The position numbers were made by a program, and so were the translations under genes. From Burkholderiales bacterium UBA2459 (lineage in GTDB: Bacteria; Pseudomonadota; Gammaproteobacteria; Burkholderiales; Burkholderiaceae_E), in the NCBI GenBank assembly GCA_002342365.1, contig DDPV01000049.1, forward strand, positions 4,608-68,607: a stretch of 64,000 bases of DNA, written 5' to 3'. This document shows positions 20,114-28,871 of this stretch, one piece after another. The stretch's first letter is position 1. Each line of letters begins with the position of its first letter. Under the pieces are notes generated by a model, which saw nothing but the letters and a program-made list of their open reading frames with translations, ran no database searches and was not told the DNA's origin.

Positions 20114-21445
20114 CTAAATACCCGAACCGTTGTTGCGGCGAGCTCGCCAGGCGATGTCCTTGCGATACTGCGAGCCTTCGAGTTGGATCTGTTCGATGCT
20201 CTCATAGGCTTGCTGCTGGGCAAGCTTGATGCTGTCACCCATGCCGACGGCGCAAAGCACCCGTCCGCCGCTACTGAACAGCTGACCGGCACGAATCTCG
20301 GTTCCACCCTGAAAGACCAATCGCTCCGGCGCGGTGAAGTGATCCTGATCGCTTGACTGTCCAAGGCATGCCGCTGCGCCTTTGTTTTTTAAACCGCCAA
20401 TGACATCGCCGGTCAAAGGCTGATGCGGGTAGCCCCTGGCTGCCAGGACCACACCGACGGCGTGCCGACGGTCCCACTGCGCTTCGATTTGATTGAGTTT
20501 TCCGGCCAGCGCGGCTTCTATCAAATCGACCAAATCGCTTTTCAGGCGCGCCATCAGCGGCTGCGTCTCGGGGTCGCCGAGCCGGCAATTGAACTCGAGA
20601 ACGCGCACGCTTTTATTTGCGTCGATCATCAAGCCTGCATACAGAAAGCCAAGGTAGGGGCGGCCTTCGGCAGCCATGCCTCTGACTGCGCGATTCATCA
20701 CCTCCCGCATCACAAAAGCGTGGATTGCGGGTGTGACCACGGGCGCAGGCGAGTAGGCTCCCATGCCACCGGTATTCGGGCCGGTATCGCCATCGCCAAG
20801 CCGTTTATGGTCCTGGCTTGAGGCCAGCGCAAGCACATGCTCGCCATCGACCATCGCAATAAAGCTTGCTTCTTCGCCCTCCAAAAAGGCTTCAATCACC
20901 ACGCGGGCGCCGGCCTCGCCAAAACTTTGGTCTTTCAGCATCCAGTCGATAGCCTGATGGGCCTCGTCAAGCGACTGCGCAACAACCACACCCTTGCCGG
21001 CTGCGAGTCCGTCGGCCTTGATCACGATCGGTGCGCCGCGAGCATCCACATAGCGATGCGCCGCTTCGGCGTCCGTAAAGCTCTGGTACTCAGCCGTCGG
21101 GATGCCATGGCGTTTCATGAATTGCTTGGCAAAGTCTTTGGACGATTCCAGTTGGGCTGCGCTTTGTTTCGGGCCGAAAATCGCCAGCTTTCGCGCTTGA
21201 AAGTAGTCCACGATGCCAGCTGCAAGCGGTGCCTCGGGACCGACCACGGTGAAACGGATGCCTTCGCGCTGCGCAAAGTCAGCAAGGCTCAGGTGGTCGC
21301 TGATCGCAAGGTTTTGGAGCTTGGGTTCGTGGGCGGTTCCGCCATTGCCTGGCGCCACGTAAACCTGGGTGACTTTGCCTGACTGCGCGAGCTTCCAGGC
21401 AATCGCGTGTTCGCGCCCGCCCGAGCCGATGACAAGCAGCTTCAT
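20114..21445 (-). CDS. purD: Phosphoribosylamine-glycine ligase
   Basis: [18 protein letters not shown] and an ATP-grasp core; 443 aa. Confidence 0.95.
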   Translation of the reverse strand: MKLLVIGSGGREHAIAWKLAQSGKVTQVYVAPGNGGTAHEPKLQNLAISDHLSLADFAQREGIRFTVVGPEAPLAAGIVDYFQARKLAIFGPKQSAAQLESSKDFAKQFMKRHGIPTAEYQSFTDAEAAHRYVDARGAPIVIKADGLAAGKGVVVAQSLDEAHQAIDWMLKDQSFGEAGARVVIEAFLEGEEASFIAMVDGEHVLALASSQDHKRLGDGDTGPNTGGMGAYSPAPVVTPAIHAFVMREVMNRAVRGMAAEGRPYLGFLYAGLMIDANKSVRVLEFNCRLGDPETQPLMARLKSDLVDLIEAALAGKLNQIEAQWDRRHAVGVVLAARGYPHQPLTGDVIGGLKNKGAAACLGQSSDQDHFTAPERLVFQGGTEIRAGQLFSSGGRVLCAVGMGDSIKLAQQQAYESIEQIQLEGSQYRKDIAWRARRNNGSGI

Positions 21446-22170
21446 GCCTGCTCGAAGGAGGCGTTGGTGTAGACCTCCTGAACGTCATCGAGGCCTTCCA
21501 GCGCATCCATGAGTTTTTGCATCCGCTCGGCTTCCTCGCCTTGCAGCAGGATGTCGTTATCGGGCTTCATGACAAGACCGGAAAGCTCGCTTTTCAGGCC
21601 TGCGCCTGCCAGCGCTCGACTCAGAGCGGCAAACTGTGCAGGCTCACAGATCACTTCAAGCGACTCGTCATCGCCTCGAATCACATCGTCTGCGCCGATT
21701 TCGAGCGCGACTTCCATCACCCGCTCTTCCGAGGTGCCCGGCGCGAAGATAAATTGACCGCAATGACGGAACTGAAAGGCCACCGAGCCGTCGGTGCCAA
21801 GATTGCCGCCGTGTTTTGAGAAAGCATGGCGCACCTCGGCCACGGTTCGGGTGCGGTTATCGGTCATGCAATCAACAATGATCGCAGCACCGGCAATGCC
21901 ATAGCCTTCGTAACGGATTTCTTCGTAATTGGCCCCTTCAAGACCGCCTGCGCCGCGCGCAATTGCGCGTTGCACCGTGTCTTTGGGCATATTGGCTTCG
22001 GAGGCCTTGTCCATAGCCAGCCGCAGTCGTGAGTTGGTATCGCTGTCGCTGCCACCCATGCGCGCTGCGACGGTAATTTCCCGGATGAGTCGGGTGAAGA
22101 GTTTGCCGCGTTTAGCGTCTTGTCGGCCTTTGCGGTGCTGAATATTGGCCCACTTCGAATGACCGGCCAT
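21442..22170 (-). CDS. yebC: YebC/PmpR family DNA-binding regulatory protein
   Basis: Canonical N-terminus [15 protein letters not shown]. Start placed at this ATG. Confidence 0.93.
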   Translation of the reverse strand: MAGHSKWANIQHRKGRQDAKRGKLFTRLIREITVAARMGGSDSDTNSRLRLAMDKASEANMPKDTVQRAIARGAGGLEGANYEEIRYEGYGIAGAAIIVDCMTDNRTRTVAEVRHAFSKHGGNLGTDGSVAFQFRHCGQFIFAPGTSEERVMEVALEIGADDVIRGDDESLEVICEPAQFAALSRALAGAGLKSELSGLVMKPDNDILLQGEEAERMQKLMDALEGLDDVQEVYTNASFEQA

Positions 22171-22310
22171 GCTTGCCCTTGATCGAGAACGCCTGGTGGC
22201 GCAACGCACGGATCTTACACCGCAGCCGGTAAGTCAATCGGCCAAAGGGATGACTTTTGCCCGGTAAGCCCAAGGCTTGACGTCTCCCATCAACAGCATC
22301 GAGGTCTCCC

Positions 22311-23642
22311 ATGTTCAGCCGCTTTCCCAGCTTTCTCTTTTTATCAATCCTCACGCTCCTGGTTGCCTTCCAACATGTCAACAGCCGCGCAAACCCTGCC
22401 GATGCGGCAAGCGCGCTGGCGCTGGCCGCGTGTGCCATCGAGGCGCAGCCGATCGCCTTAAAGCTTGGCGAAGTCCGCGCGGTGGCGCTTTCAGCCACCC
22501 AAGAGCGGACGCGCTGGAATTCCCGGCCGGATGTGCTTACGGTGCAAGCGGGACCTCACAACATGCATCTGCTCAAAGGCGAAAAGCCAGGACAAAGCCT
22601 TCTGAGGCTCGGATTCGATGCCGCTCAGCACGAGCAGGGAGGCCAGTGCAAAGCCTGGCAGGTTGAAGTGCAAATCGATTTAAGCCCGGCCGAAGCGCTG
22701 ATCGCGCACTGGGTGTTGCAGGAAACGAAGCGTTCACCCTGGTCAGCACCCCGACCAAGCCTGAGCGCGCAGGGTTCGATCATCCTCCTTGAGGGCGAGG
22801 TTGCGCAGGCTGAAGACCGCAAGCTGCTTGAGGCCTTGCTTCAGGAGTGGCTCAAATCGCAAGCCTTGGAGGGCCTGCGCCTGATGAACTGGTTGCAGGT
22901 TCGGACGCCCGAGCAAGTGATGCTGGAGGTACGAATCGCCGAAGTTTCATCGCGTTTGCTCGATAAGCTCGGTATTGACTGGCAGCTTGGAAAAGAGCAA
23001 CCAATTTCGGCGAGCTTTGGCCAATGGAGCGCGCAAGCGGGGTTCTCGCGTGGTGCAGCAGCGCTTGTTCGGCTGATGCGCGGGGCTTCGGTCCTGGGGG
23101 TTGATGCCGAGGCAATGCGCTCGCAATGGCGGCTGCTGGCGCAGCCCAATCTGATGGCACAAAGCGGCAGCGAAGCGCAGTTTTTGTCAGGTGGGAAGGT
23201 CTATATCCCGATCTCGATTCAGCAGGGTCAGGGCGATCAGCTGAGCATGAACACCCGCCTAGACGAGCGCGAATATGGGGTAAGCCTGAAATTCACGCCC
23301 AGGCTGATGAGCGACGGGCGGATTGAGCTGAGGGTGGCCCCCGAGGTTTCGGAGTTATCGCGCGAAGGCGCGGTGGTGAGCGCGGGTGAACGCACGTCGG
23401 TGCTGCCCCTGGTGACCGTTCGTAAGGCTTCGACAACCGTGACCCTTGAGGATGGTGAAAGCTACGTGGTCGGGGGTTTGATCAACTTTGGCGATGAGCA
23501 GTCGCGGCGGGGGCTTCCTGGACTGATCGACTGGCCCAGGCTTGGTGGCTGGCTTGCGGGAAACGATCGTCATCAACACCATAGCGAACTGGTGTTTGTG
23601 GTCACGCCGCGCCGGCTTGTTCGTGCGCAAGGGGCGGTCTGA
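22311..23642 (+). CDS. cpaC: Tad/Flp-type outer-membrane secretin (CpaC/RcpA family)
   Basis: Signal peptide, pilus-assembly N-domain, BON-like segment (IILLEGEVAQAEDRKLLE) and secretin core (LEVRIAEVS, LLAQPNLMAQSGSEAQFLSGG, LPGLIDWPRLG, VFVVTPRL). Confidence 0.85.
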   Translation: MFSRFPSFLFLSILTLLVAFQHVNSRANPADAASALALAACAIEAQPIALKLGEVRAVALSATQERTRWNSRPDVLTVQAGPHNMHLLKGEKPGQSLLRLGFDAAQHEQGGQCKAWQVEVQIDLSPAEALIAHWVLQETKRSPWSAPRPSLSAQGSIILLEGEVAQAEDRKLLEALLQEWLKSQALEGLRLMNWLQVRTPEQVMLEVRIAEVSSRLLDKLGIDWQLGKEQPISASFGQWSAQAGFSRGAAALVRLMRGASVLGVDAEAMRSQWRLLAQPNLMAQSGSEAQFLSGGKVYIPISIQQGQGDQLSMNTRLDEREYGVSLKFTPRLMSDGRIELRVAPEVSELSREGAVVSAGERTSVLPLVTVRKASTTVTLEDGESYVVGGLINFGDEQSRRGLPGLIDWPRLGGWLAGNDRHQHHSELVFVVTPRRLVRAQGAV

Positions 23643-24850
23643 TGAACTGGCAGGACCGAAGCATTCAACAACGCGCAGTGGAGCGGCTGCTCGGCGAGCA
23701 TGGTCCGCGTGCGCTGGCCCGGATGTCGACAGACCAGTTGCAAGAGAGCCTGCGCAACGAACTTTCCCGCGAACTGAGCGAACAAAGCGGTGGGCTTGAG
23801 CCTGAGCGTTTGCATCGCATTCAGCGCGATTTGATGGGGCTCGGGCCGCTTGAGCCCTTGCTTGCGGACCCGACGATCGGCGATATCCTGGTTAATGGCC
23901 CGCAGGCAATCTGGTATGAACGAGAAGGACGGCTGTTTCAAAGTGCCTTGCGCTTTGACGACGAAGCGCAGCTTTTGCGGATCATGGACCGGCTTGTTTC
24001 ACGAGGTGGCAGGCGCATCGATGAATCCTCACCGATGGCCGATGCACGACTGCCCGACGGCTCAAGGGTCAATGCGGTGGTTCGCCCAGCTGCGGTCGAC
24101 GGTCCGCAGCTTTCGATTCGACGCTTCATTGGCGGGCCAAGGACGCTTGCGCACTGGGTCGACGCTGGCTCGATGTCGCCGCAAGCGGTAGCAGTGCTTG
24201 AGGATTTGGTGAGGCAGCGCCTGAATCTGATCATCAGCGGTGGAACCGGCGCGGGAAAGACCTCCTTGCTCAATGCACTGTCATCCTGCATCGATGCGAG
24301 CGAGCGAATTCTCACGCTTGAAGACGCGGCCGAGTTGAAGCTTTCGCAGCCGCATGTGGTGCGTCTTGAGGCGCGTCCTCCCAATCTTGAGGGCAAGGGG
24401 GAGATCACCATGCGCATGCTTTTGCGTAATGCGCTTCGGATGCGTCCGGATCGCTTGATCATTGGCGAGGTAAGGGGCGATGAGGTGATCGAATTGCTTG
24501 CAGCGCTCAACACCGGCCATCGCGGCTCGATGGGAACCGTGCATGCAAACTCGGCCAACGACGCCCTGGTGCGATTGGCCTCGATGGCGGCAATCGCGCT
24601 GGGCCAGTCGCATCCCGACATGCTTGCCTCGCAAATCAGCGCTGCAGTCGATGTGGTGTTGCACCTTGAGCGCAGTGACGATGGCAGGCGACGCCTGCGC
24701 AGCATTCATCGCCTGCACCCACAGACTGACTCAGCCGGCACCGCAGCGCGATTGCAGCAGCTTTGGCCTAGGCCGGGCGATAGGTCTGAACCTCACCATC
24801 ATAGCCAGGCAGAAGCCGCGCACCACAAGCCACAACCCTGTGGGTTGTGA
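23642..24850 (+). CDS. cpaF: CpaF/TadA-type secretion ATPase (type II/IV secretion NTPase family)
   Basis: Walker A GGTGAGKTS, Asp box LTLEDAAEL, Walker B RPDRLIIGEVRG, His box TGHRGSMGTVHAN. The start overlaps the secretin stop (TGATG). The last ~27 codons overlap the convergent cyclase gene. Confidence 0.85.
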   Translation: MNWQDRSIQQRAVERLLGEHGPRALARMSTDQLQESLRNELSRELSEQSGGLEPERLHRIQRDLMGLGPLEPLLADPTIGDILVNGPQAIWYEREGRLFQSALRFDDEAQLLRIMDRLVSRGGRRIDESSPMADARLPDGSRVNAVVRPAAVDGPQLSIRRFIGGPRTLAHWVDAGSMSPQAVAVLEDLVRQRLNLIISGGTGAGKTSLLNALSSCIDASERILTLEDAAELKLSQPHVVRLEARPPNLEGKGEITMRMLLRNALRMRPDRLIIGEVRGDEVIELLAALNTGHRGSMGTVHANSANDALVRLASMAAIALGQSHPDMLASQISAAVDVVLHLERSDDGRRRLRSIHRLHPQTDSAGTAARLQQLWPRPGDRSEPHHHSQAEAAHHKPQPCGL

Positions 24851-26609
24851 GTCGACTGGCGAGTTGCTCATCGAGCAAAATGCCATCCGCTTGCGCCTCA
24901 CGTTGCAGTCGCTCAGCGCGATTGACCACTTCGCCGAGCGCCGTGTAGCTGCGACGCATGCTCGTGCCCAGGTCTCCGACCAAGGCCTCGCCGCAGGCCA
25001 GGCCAATGCGCTTGGAAAGACCGGGTGATTGTTGAATCGCCAGGGCTGCCATCAGTGCGCGATCGGCGTCCCTGGGCGAAGCAAGTGGTGCTCCCCAAAA
25101 GGCCATCAAACCATCGCCGAGGTATTTGTCAAGCGTGCCTCCGTGCTGATGAACAAGGCTGGTCCATGCATCGAGCTGCGAGCGCAGATTCTGGGCAAAT
25201 GCCTCGGGGCTTTGCTGTCTAGCAAGACGGGTTGACCCGACGGCATCGACAAACATCACCACCAGTTGCTCGCGCGAGGGCGCAAGGCGCTGGGAGGAAC
25301 CTTCGGCAAGCAGCTGGTCGAGCACATTCGATGGCACGTAATCGGCAAAGAGCCGGCGCAGTCGGCCCGCGGTGTGCCGCTCGCTGCGAAGCCCCCAGCC
25401 AAGACTTGTGAGAGCGGCAAGCATGATCCCGATCGGTGGTCCGGCAACCAGTTGCAATTGCTGCGTATCGGTGAGTTTGAGCGCAACCCCGATAAGGATG
25501 CTGCTGCCGATGAGGCCCAGCAGCGCCAGGCTCAGGTAGCGTCGATAACGACAACTGATGATCAGCAGCGCGATGCAAACAAGGCTGAGCAACTGGATCA
25601 GCGTCCAGGCTCGGATACCAAGCCAGCTTGATTGTTCATGAGGGTCGATCTGCGAAATCTGATCGAGCAGGGCAGCGGTCGCTTGCGCGTGCACAACCAC
25701 GCCGGCTTGCGAGGCGGCCATCGGGGTAGCGACGCGGTCGCTCACGCCAAGCGCAGACGAACCGATCAGCACGATGGCCCCCCGAAGCGCAGGGATCGGT
25801 TCGGCCGACTCGTAGGCCAAGTAAGCGGGTACGCTGAGCCAGGCTCGGTTTGAGCGGGCGTAGGGGATTGACCAAAGGCCTTGCGCATCGCTTGCAAGGT
25901 CAAGGACTCCGGTAGAAAGCATCTGACCGGCTGGCCAGCGTGGCGTGATCGAAGCTTTCTCAGGGACCAGCCCCATGCAGGCTAGGACCGCAAGCGACAG
26001 GCTCGCGTGCCACTGATCACGGTAGCGCAATAGTGGCGGCAATCGCCTCACCACGCCATCATCTTCCGGCATCCAACTGATGTGCCCGGTGCATCGGGGT
26101 TGCAGTCCTGCATGATGGCCGACATGTCCGCTGGCTTCGATGATTGAAACCCCCGATGCAAATACGACCGATGCGGGCCAACTGCTGGTGACTTCGCCGG
26201 CATCGGCTGGCTGCGACTGTCCCAAGCCGAAGGCCTGGGACAGCACCAGCGGATGGTTTTGCAAAAGCTGCTGAATCGCGTTGTCGCCCTGGCGATCACG
26301 AGCTTCAGGCAAGACCAAATCGAGCCCTGCTGCAGCAACCTGATGGGTGTCAAAGAGGCGGTTGATCAAGCTGGCGAGCACCTTGCGCTCCCAAGGCCAG
26401 GAGCCCAGCGCCTTTAAGCTCGCTTCGTCAATATCGACGATCACCACGCGCGATTCGGTCTCATCGCTTGCGCTGACCCGGTGCCACTGATCGCCAAGCA
26501 ACTCCGCCATCCGCTGCAGCGTTCCTGGCCAGGGCAGGCCGCTAGCGAGGATCAAGCCGAGCAGCCATCCTGCCGCGCCGATCAACAGCGGTACACGCCA
26601 AAGCCCCAT
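24768..26609 (-). CDS. CHASE2 sensor domain-containing class III adenylate/guanylate cyclase
   Basis: CHASE2 start (VVIVDIDEASLKALGSWPWERK), a central TM bundle and a C-terminal cyclase domain (VMFVDAVGSTRL, YLGDGLMAFWGAP). Confidence 0.88.
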   Translation of the reverse strand: MGLWRVPLLIGAAGWLLGLILASGLPWPGTLQRMAELLGDQWHRVSASDETESRVVIVDIDEASLKALGSWPWERKVLASLINRLFDTHQVAAAGLDLVLPEARDRQGDNAIQQLLQNHPLVLSQAFGLGQSQPADAGEVTSSWPASVVFASGVSIIEASGHVGHHAGLQPRCTGHISWMPEDDGVVRRLPPLLRYRDQWHASLSLAVLACMGLVPEKASITPRWPAGQMLSTGVLDLASDAQGLWSIPYARSNRAWLSVPAYLAYESAEPIPALRGAIVLIGSSALGVSDRVATPMAASQAGVVVHAQATAALLDQISQIDPHEQSSWLGIRAWTLIQLLSLVCIALLIISCRYRRYLSLALLGLIGSSILIGVALKLTDTQQLQLVAGPPIGIMLAALTSLGWGLRSERHTAGRLRRLFADYVPSNVLDQLLAEGSSQRLAPSREQLVVMFVDAVGSTRLARQQSPEAFAQNLRSQLDAWTSLVHQHGGTLDKYLGDGLMAFWGAPLASPRDADRALMAALAIQQSPGLSKRIGLACGEALVGDLGTSMRRSYTALGEVVNRAERLQREAQADGILLDEQLASRLTTHRVVACGARLLPGYDGEVQTYRPA

Positions 26610-26610
26610 A

Positions 26611-27297
26611 TCAAGAACTGGCTAGCAGCCGAAGTCGCTCGTGCAATAAGAGTCTGCCCTCAGGCATGGATTCGATGTAGCCCTCGGTTTCAAGCGCCTT
26701 CATGACCCTTGAGACCATTTCACGCGAAGCGCCGACCATTTTGGCGATATCCTGCCTTGCGATTCGATCCTTGACCACATAGTTGCCGGCATCGGTTTCC
26801 GCGAACTCGAGAAGGACCTGGGCAACCCTGCCGTAGACATCGAGCAAGGCAAGCGTCTCGATGCGCTGGTCGGCCTCACGAAGCCTTTGCACCAGGCCGC
26901 GCATGATCCGCAAGCAGACTTCGTTGTTTTGCGCGATCAAGAACTGAAAAGCCTCTTTGGTGATTGCGATGAATTCGCAGGGATCGAGCGTGACGACGGT
27001 CGCCGAGCGCGGTTCCTCATCGATAAGGCTCATCTCGCCAAAAAACTCACCGGGCCCAAGAACGGCAAGAATCACCTCTTTGCCCTCGGCATCAGCGCGC
27101 TGCACTTTGGCGCGGCCCGAGAGCATCACAAACATACTGTGCGACTGTTCGCCCTCTTGCACCACGATCTTGCCCTTGGCAAAGCTTCTCCGGGTGCTCG
27201 ATGTTGCAAGGCGCTCAAGCGCACTCTCGTGCAGACCATAAAACAGCGGCACGCGTTTGAGAAAGGCCAGATTACTGGCGATTGCTGCATGGGCCAT
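26611..27297 (-). CDS. Crp/Fnr family cyclic-nucleotide-binding transcriptional regulator
   Basis: cNMP-binding barrel (FFGEMSLIDEEPRSATV) plus C-terminal HTH (RQDIAKMVGASREMVSRVMKAL). Start placed at the internal ATG (MAHAAIASN). The stop is 1 nt from the cyclase start. Confidence 0.88.
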   Translation of the reverse strand: MAHAAIASNLAFLKRVPLFYGLHESALERLATSSTRRSFAKGKIVVQEGEQSHSMFVMLSGRAKVQRADAEGKEVILAVLGPGEFFGEMSLIDEEPRSATVVTLDPCEFIAITKEAFQFLIAQNNEVCLRIMRGLVQRLREADQRIETLALLDVYGRVAQVLLEFAETDAGNYVVKDRIARQDIAKMVGASREMVSRVMKALETEGYIESMPEGRLLLHERLRLLASS

Positions 27298-27366
27298 GCT
27301 TGAGATTGTGCAACACTTCGAGCTTGCCTTGCCAATCGTTCTAACATCTCTTAGGAGTTCTCCGCC

Positions 27367-27558
27367 ATGCCCTTGATTCAGGTCAGCTTGTTTGAAGGAC
27401 GAAGCCTCGAGCAAAAACGCGCTTTTGCTGAACAACTCACCCGGGTGGCGACTGAAACCCTGGCCTGTTCGCCGGAATCGGTCGATATCATTTTTGCAGA
27501 TATCAAAGCTTCAGACTGGGCAACCGCAGGTCGTTTGCACAGCGATAAACCGGCTTGA
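27367..27558 (+). CDS. 4-oxalocrotonate tautomerase family protein
   Basis: 63 aa with a catalytic Pro-1 context (MPLIQVSLFEGRSLEQKRAF). Confidence 0.85.
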   Translation: MPLIQVSLFEGRSLEQKRAFAEQLTRVATETLACSPESVDIIFADIKASDWATAGRLHSDKPA

Positions 27559-28871
27559 TCGCCCGTATTCTTGCGCTTGCCGCGCCCTCGGCGGCGGTAT
27601 CGGCGGCGCAAGTTTTTACCCAATTTGTCGAGACCTTGCTGGCTGCGCGGCTCGGAACCGATGCACTGACCGCTTGGTCGATCGCGCTGCCCTTTTCTCT
27701 TTTACTGCAGCAAACCTCTGCAGGTGCGATGGGCGGTGGTGTGTCGTCTGCAATCGCCCGAGCCCTCGGCGCGGGCGACAGCCTTGAGGCCAGCGCGCTG
27801 GTCAAACACGCCTTATGCATTGCGCTGATCGCGGGCCTTCTTTTTGCGATCCCGCTTAGCCTCTTGCTGCCCTGGCTTGTTGCACGGCTCGCGAGTGAGG
27901 AAATCGCCGAGTTGCATCGCTTTTATCCACTTGCTGCCTTCGGACTTGCCGCGGTCCCCGCCTGGCTTGTGAACACCTGCGCGGCAATCCTTCGCGGTGG
28001 CGGGCAGCACCGGATTGTGGGGCGCCTGATGGTGGCCGCGTGGCTCGTCCTTTGCTTGCTGATGCCGCTTTTTTCGCTCGTTCTGGATTTCGGACTCGCA
28101 GGCCTTGGACTTGCTCAGGCGCTGGTCTTTTCGGTTGCGGCCTGGCTGATGTGGCAAAAGCTGCGCACAGGACAAGCGGGTTTTTTTCCGGATCTGACGA
28201 TCCGTGTACAGCTGGTCTTGTTCAAAAAAATCCTCGCTGTGGGCCTGATCGCCTGTGGGCTTGCGCTGATTGCCAACTTCACCACCTTTTTGGTGAACGC
28301 CCGCCTGGCAAGCTTCGGAACAGCCCATGTGGCCGCTTACGGGATTGCCGCAAGGATCGAGTTTTTGATGGTGCCGGTCTCATTCGCGGTGGGCGCAGCG
28401 CTAACTGCGCTTGTTGGCCATGCGGTCGGTTCGGGCAATTGGCAAGAGGCAAGACGAATCGCCTGGAGCGGCGCATTCATGGTGCTTTGCGTGACGCTGC
28501 CCTTTGGCCTGTGGGTTGCCATCTGGCCCGAGGCGCTTGCGGCGCTCTTGACCACCGACTTAGCGGTACGCGAGCAGGCAACCCGTGCCCTGTCTTTTCT
28601 TGGTTGGGGACTGGCGCCGTTTTCCGTGGGTATGACGCTTTACTTCGCTGCGCAAGGCGCAAATCGCATGCAAGGTCCTTTGTTTGCTGGATTATGTCGG
28701 ATCATGATCGCGGTGCTGTTGGGTTCCTGGTTTGCAGGTCCGCTTGCCCTCGGTGCAAGCGGCTACTACCTGGCTGTGGCCTGTTCGATCGCTGCCTACG
28801 GTTTGGTGGTTGCCCTGTCGGTGCGGCCCGGAGTTTGGGCGCAGCGACAAGGCAAAACGCTTAATGCTTGA
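27555..28871 (+). CDS. MATE family efflux transporter
   Basis: 438 aa, about 12 TM helices with MATE-like repeat architecture. The TTG start overlaps the tautomerase stop (TTGA). Confidence 0.8.
   Translation: MIARILALAAPSAAVSAAQVFTQFVETLLAARLGTDALTAWSIALPFSLLLQQTSAGAMGGGVSSAIARALGAGDSLEASALVKHALCIALIAGLLFAIPLSLLLPWLVARLASEEIAELHRFYPLAAFGLAAVPAWLVNTCAAILRGGGQHRIVGRLMVAAWLVLCLLMPLFSLVLDFGLAGLGLAQALVFSVAAWLMWQKLRTGQAGFFPDLTIRVQLVLFKKILAVGLIACGLALIANFTTFLVNARLASFGTAHVAAYGIAARIEFLMVPVSFAVGAALTALVGHAVGSGNWQEARRIAWSGAFMVLCVTLPFGLWVAIWPEALAALLTTDLAVREQATRALSFLGWGLAPFSVGMTLYFAAQGANRMQGPLFAGLCRIMIAVLLGSWFAGPLALGASGYYLAVACSIAAYGLVVALSVRPGVWAQRQGKTLNA

Noticed and set aside
23938-24705. A long antisense ORF (255 aa) opposite cpaF. 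Similar long alternative-frame ORFs occur at 28040-28864, 20837-21382, 42575-43213 and 48748-49353.
   Set aside because: Their translations are Arg/Ser/Ala/Pro-rich and low-complexity with no recognisable motifs. Each lies entirely within a confidently assigned gene on another frame or strand. This is the expected artefact in GC-rich DNA.
24700-24850. A possible frameshift or pseudogenisation at the 3' end of cpaF, suggested by its odd His/Pro-rich tail.
   Set aside because: Neither alternative frame continues with anything resembling a CpaF C-terminus, and all catalytic motifs upstream are intact. I kept it as an intact gene with an unconserved-looking tail.
24768-27297. A nucleotide cyclase next to a cNMP-binding protein, which resembles a Pycsar/CBASS-like anti-phage signalling pair.
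   Set aside because: The cNMP-binding protein ends in a classic Crp/Fnr HTH rather than a TIR, TM or other effector domain. The cyclase carries a CHASE2 extracytoplasmic sensor plus a TM bundle, which is typical of environmental signalling. No phage-defence neighbours or mobile-element hallmarks are present.
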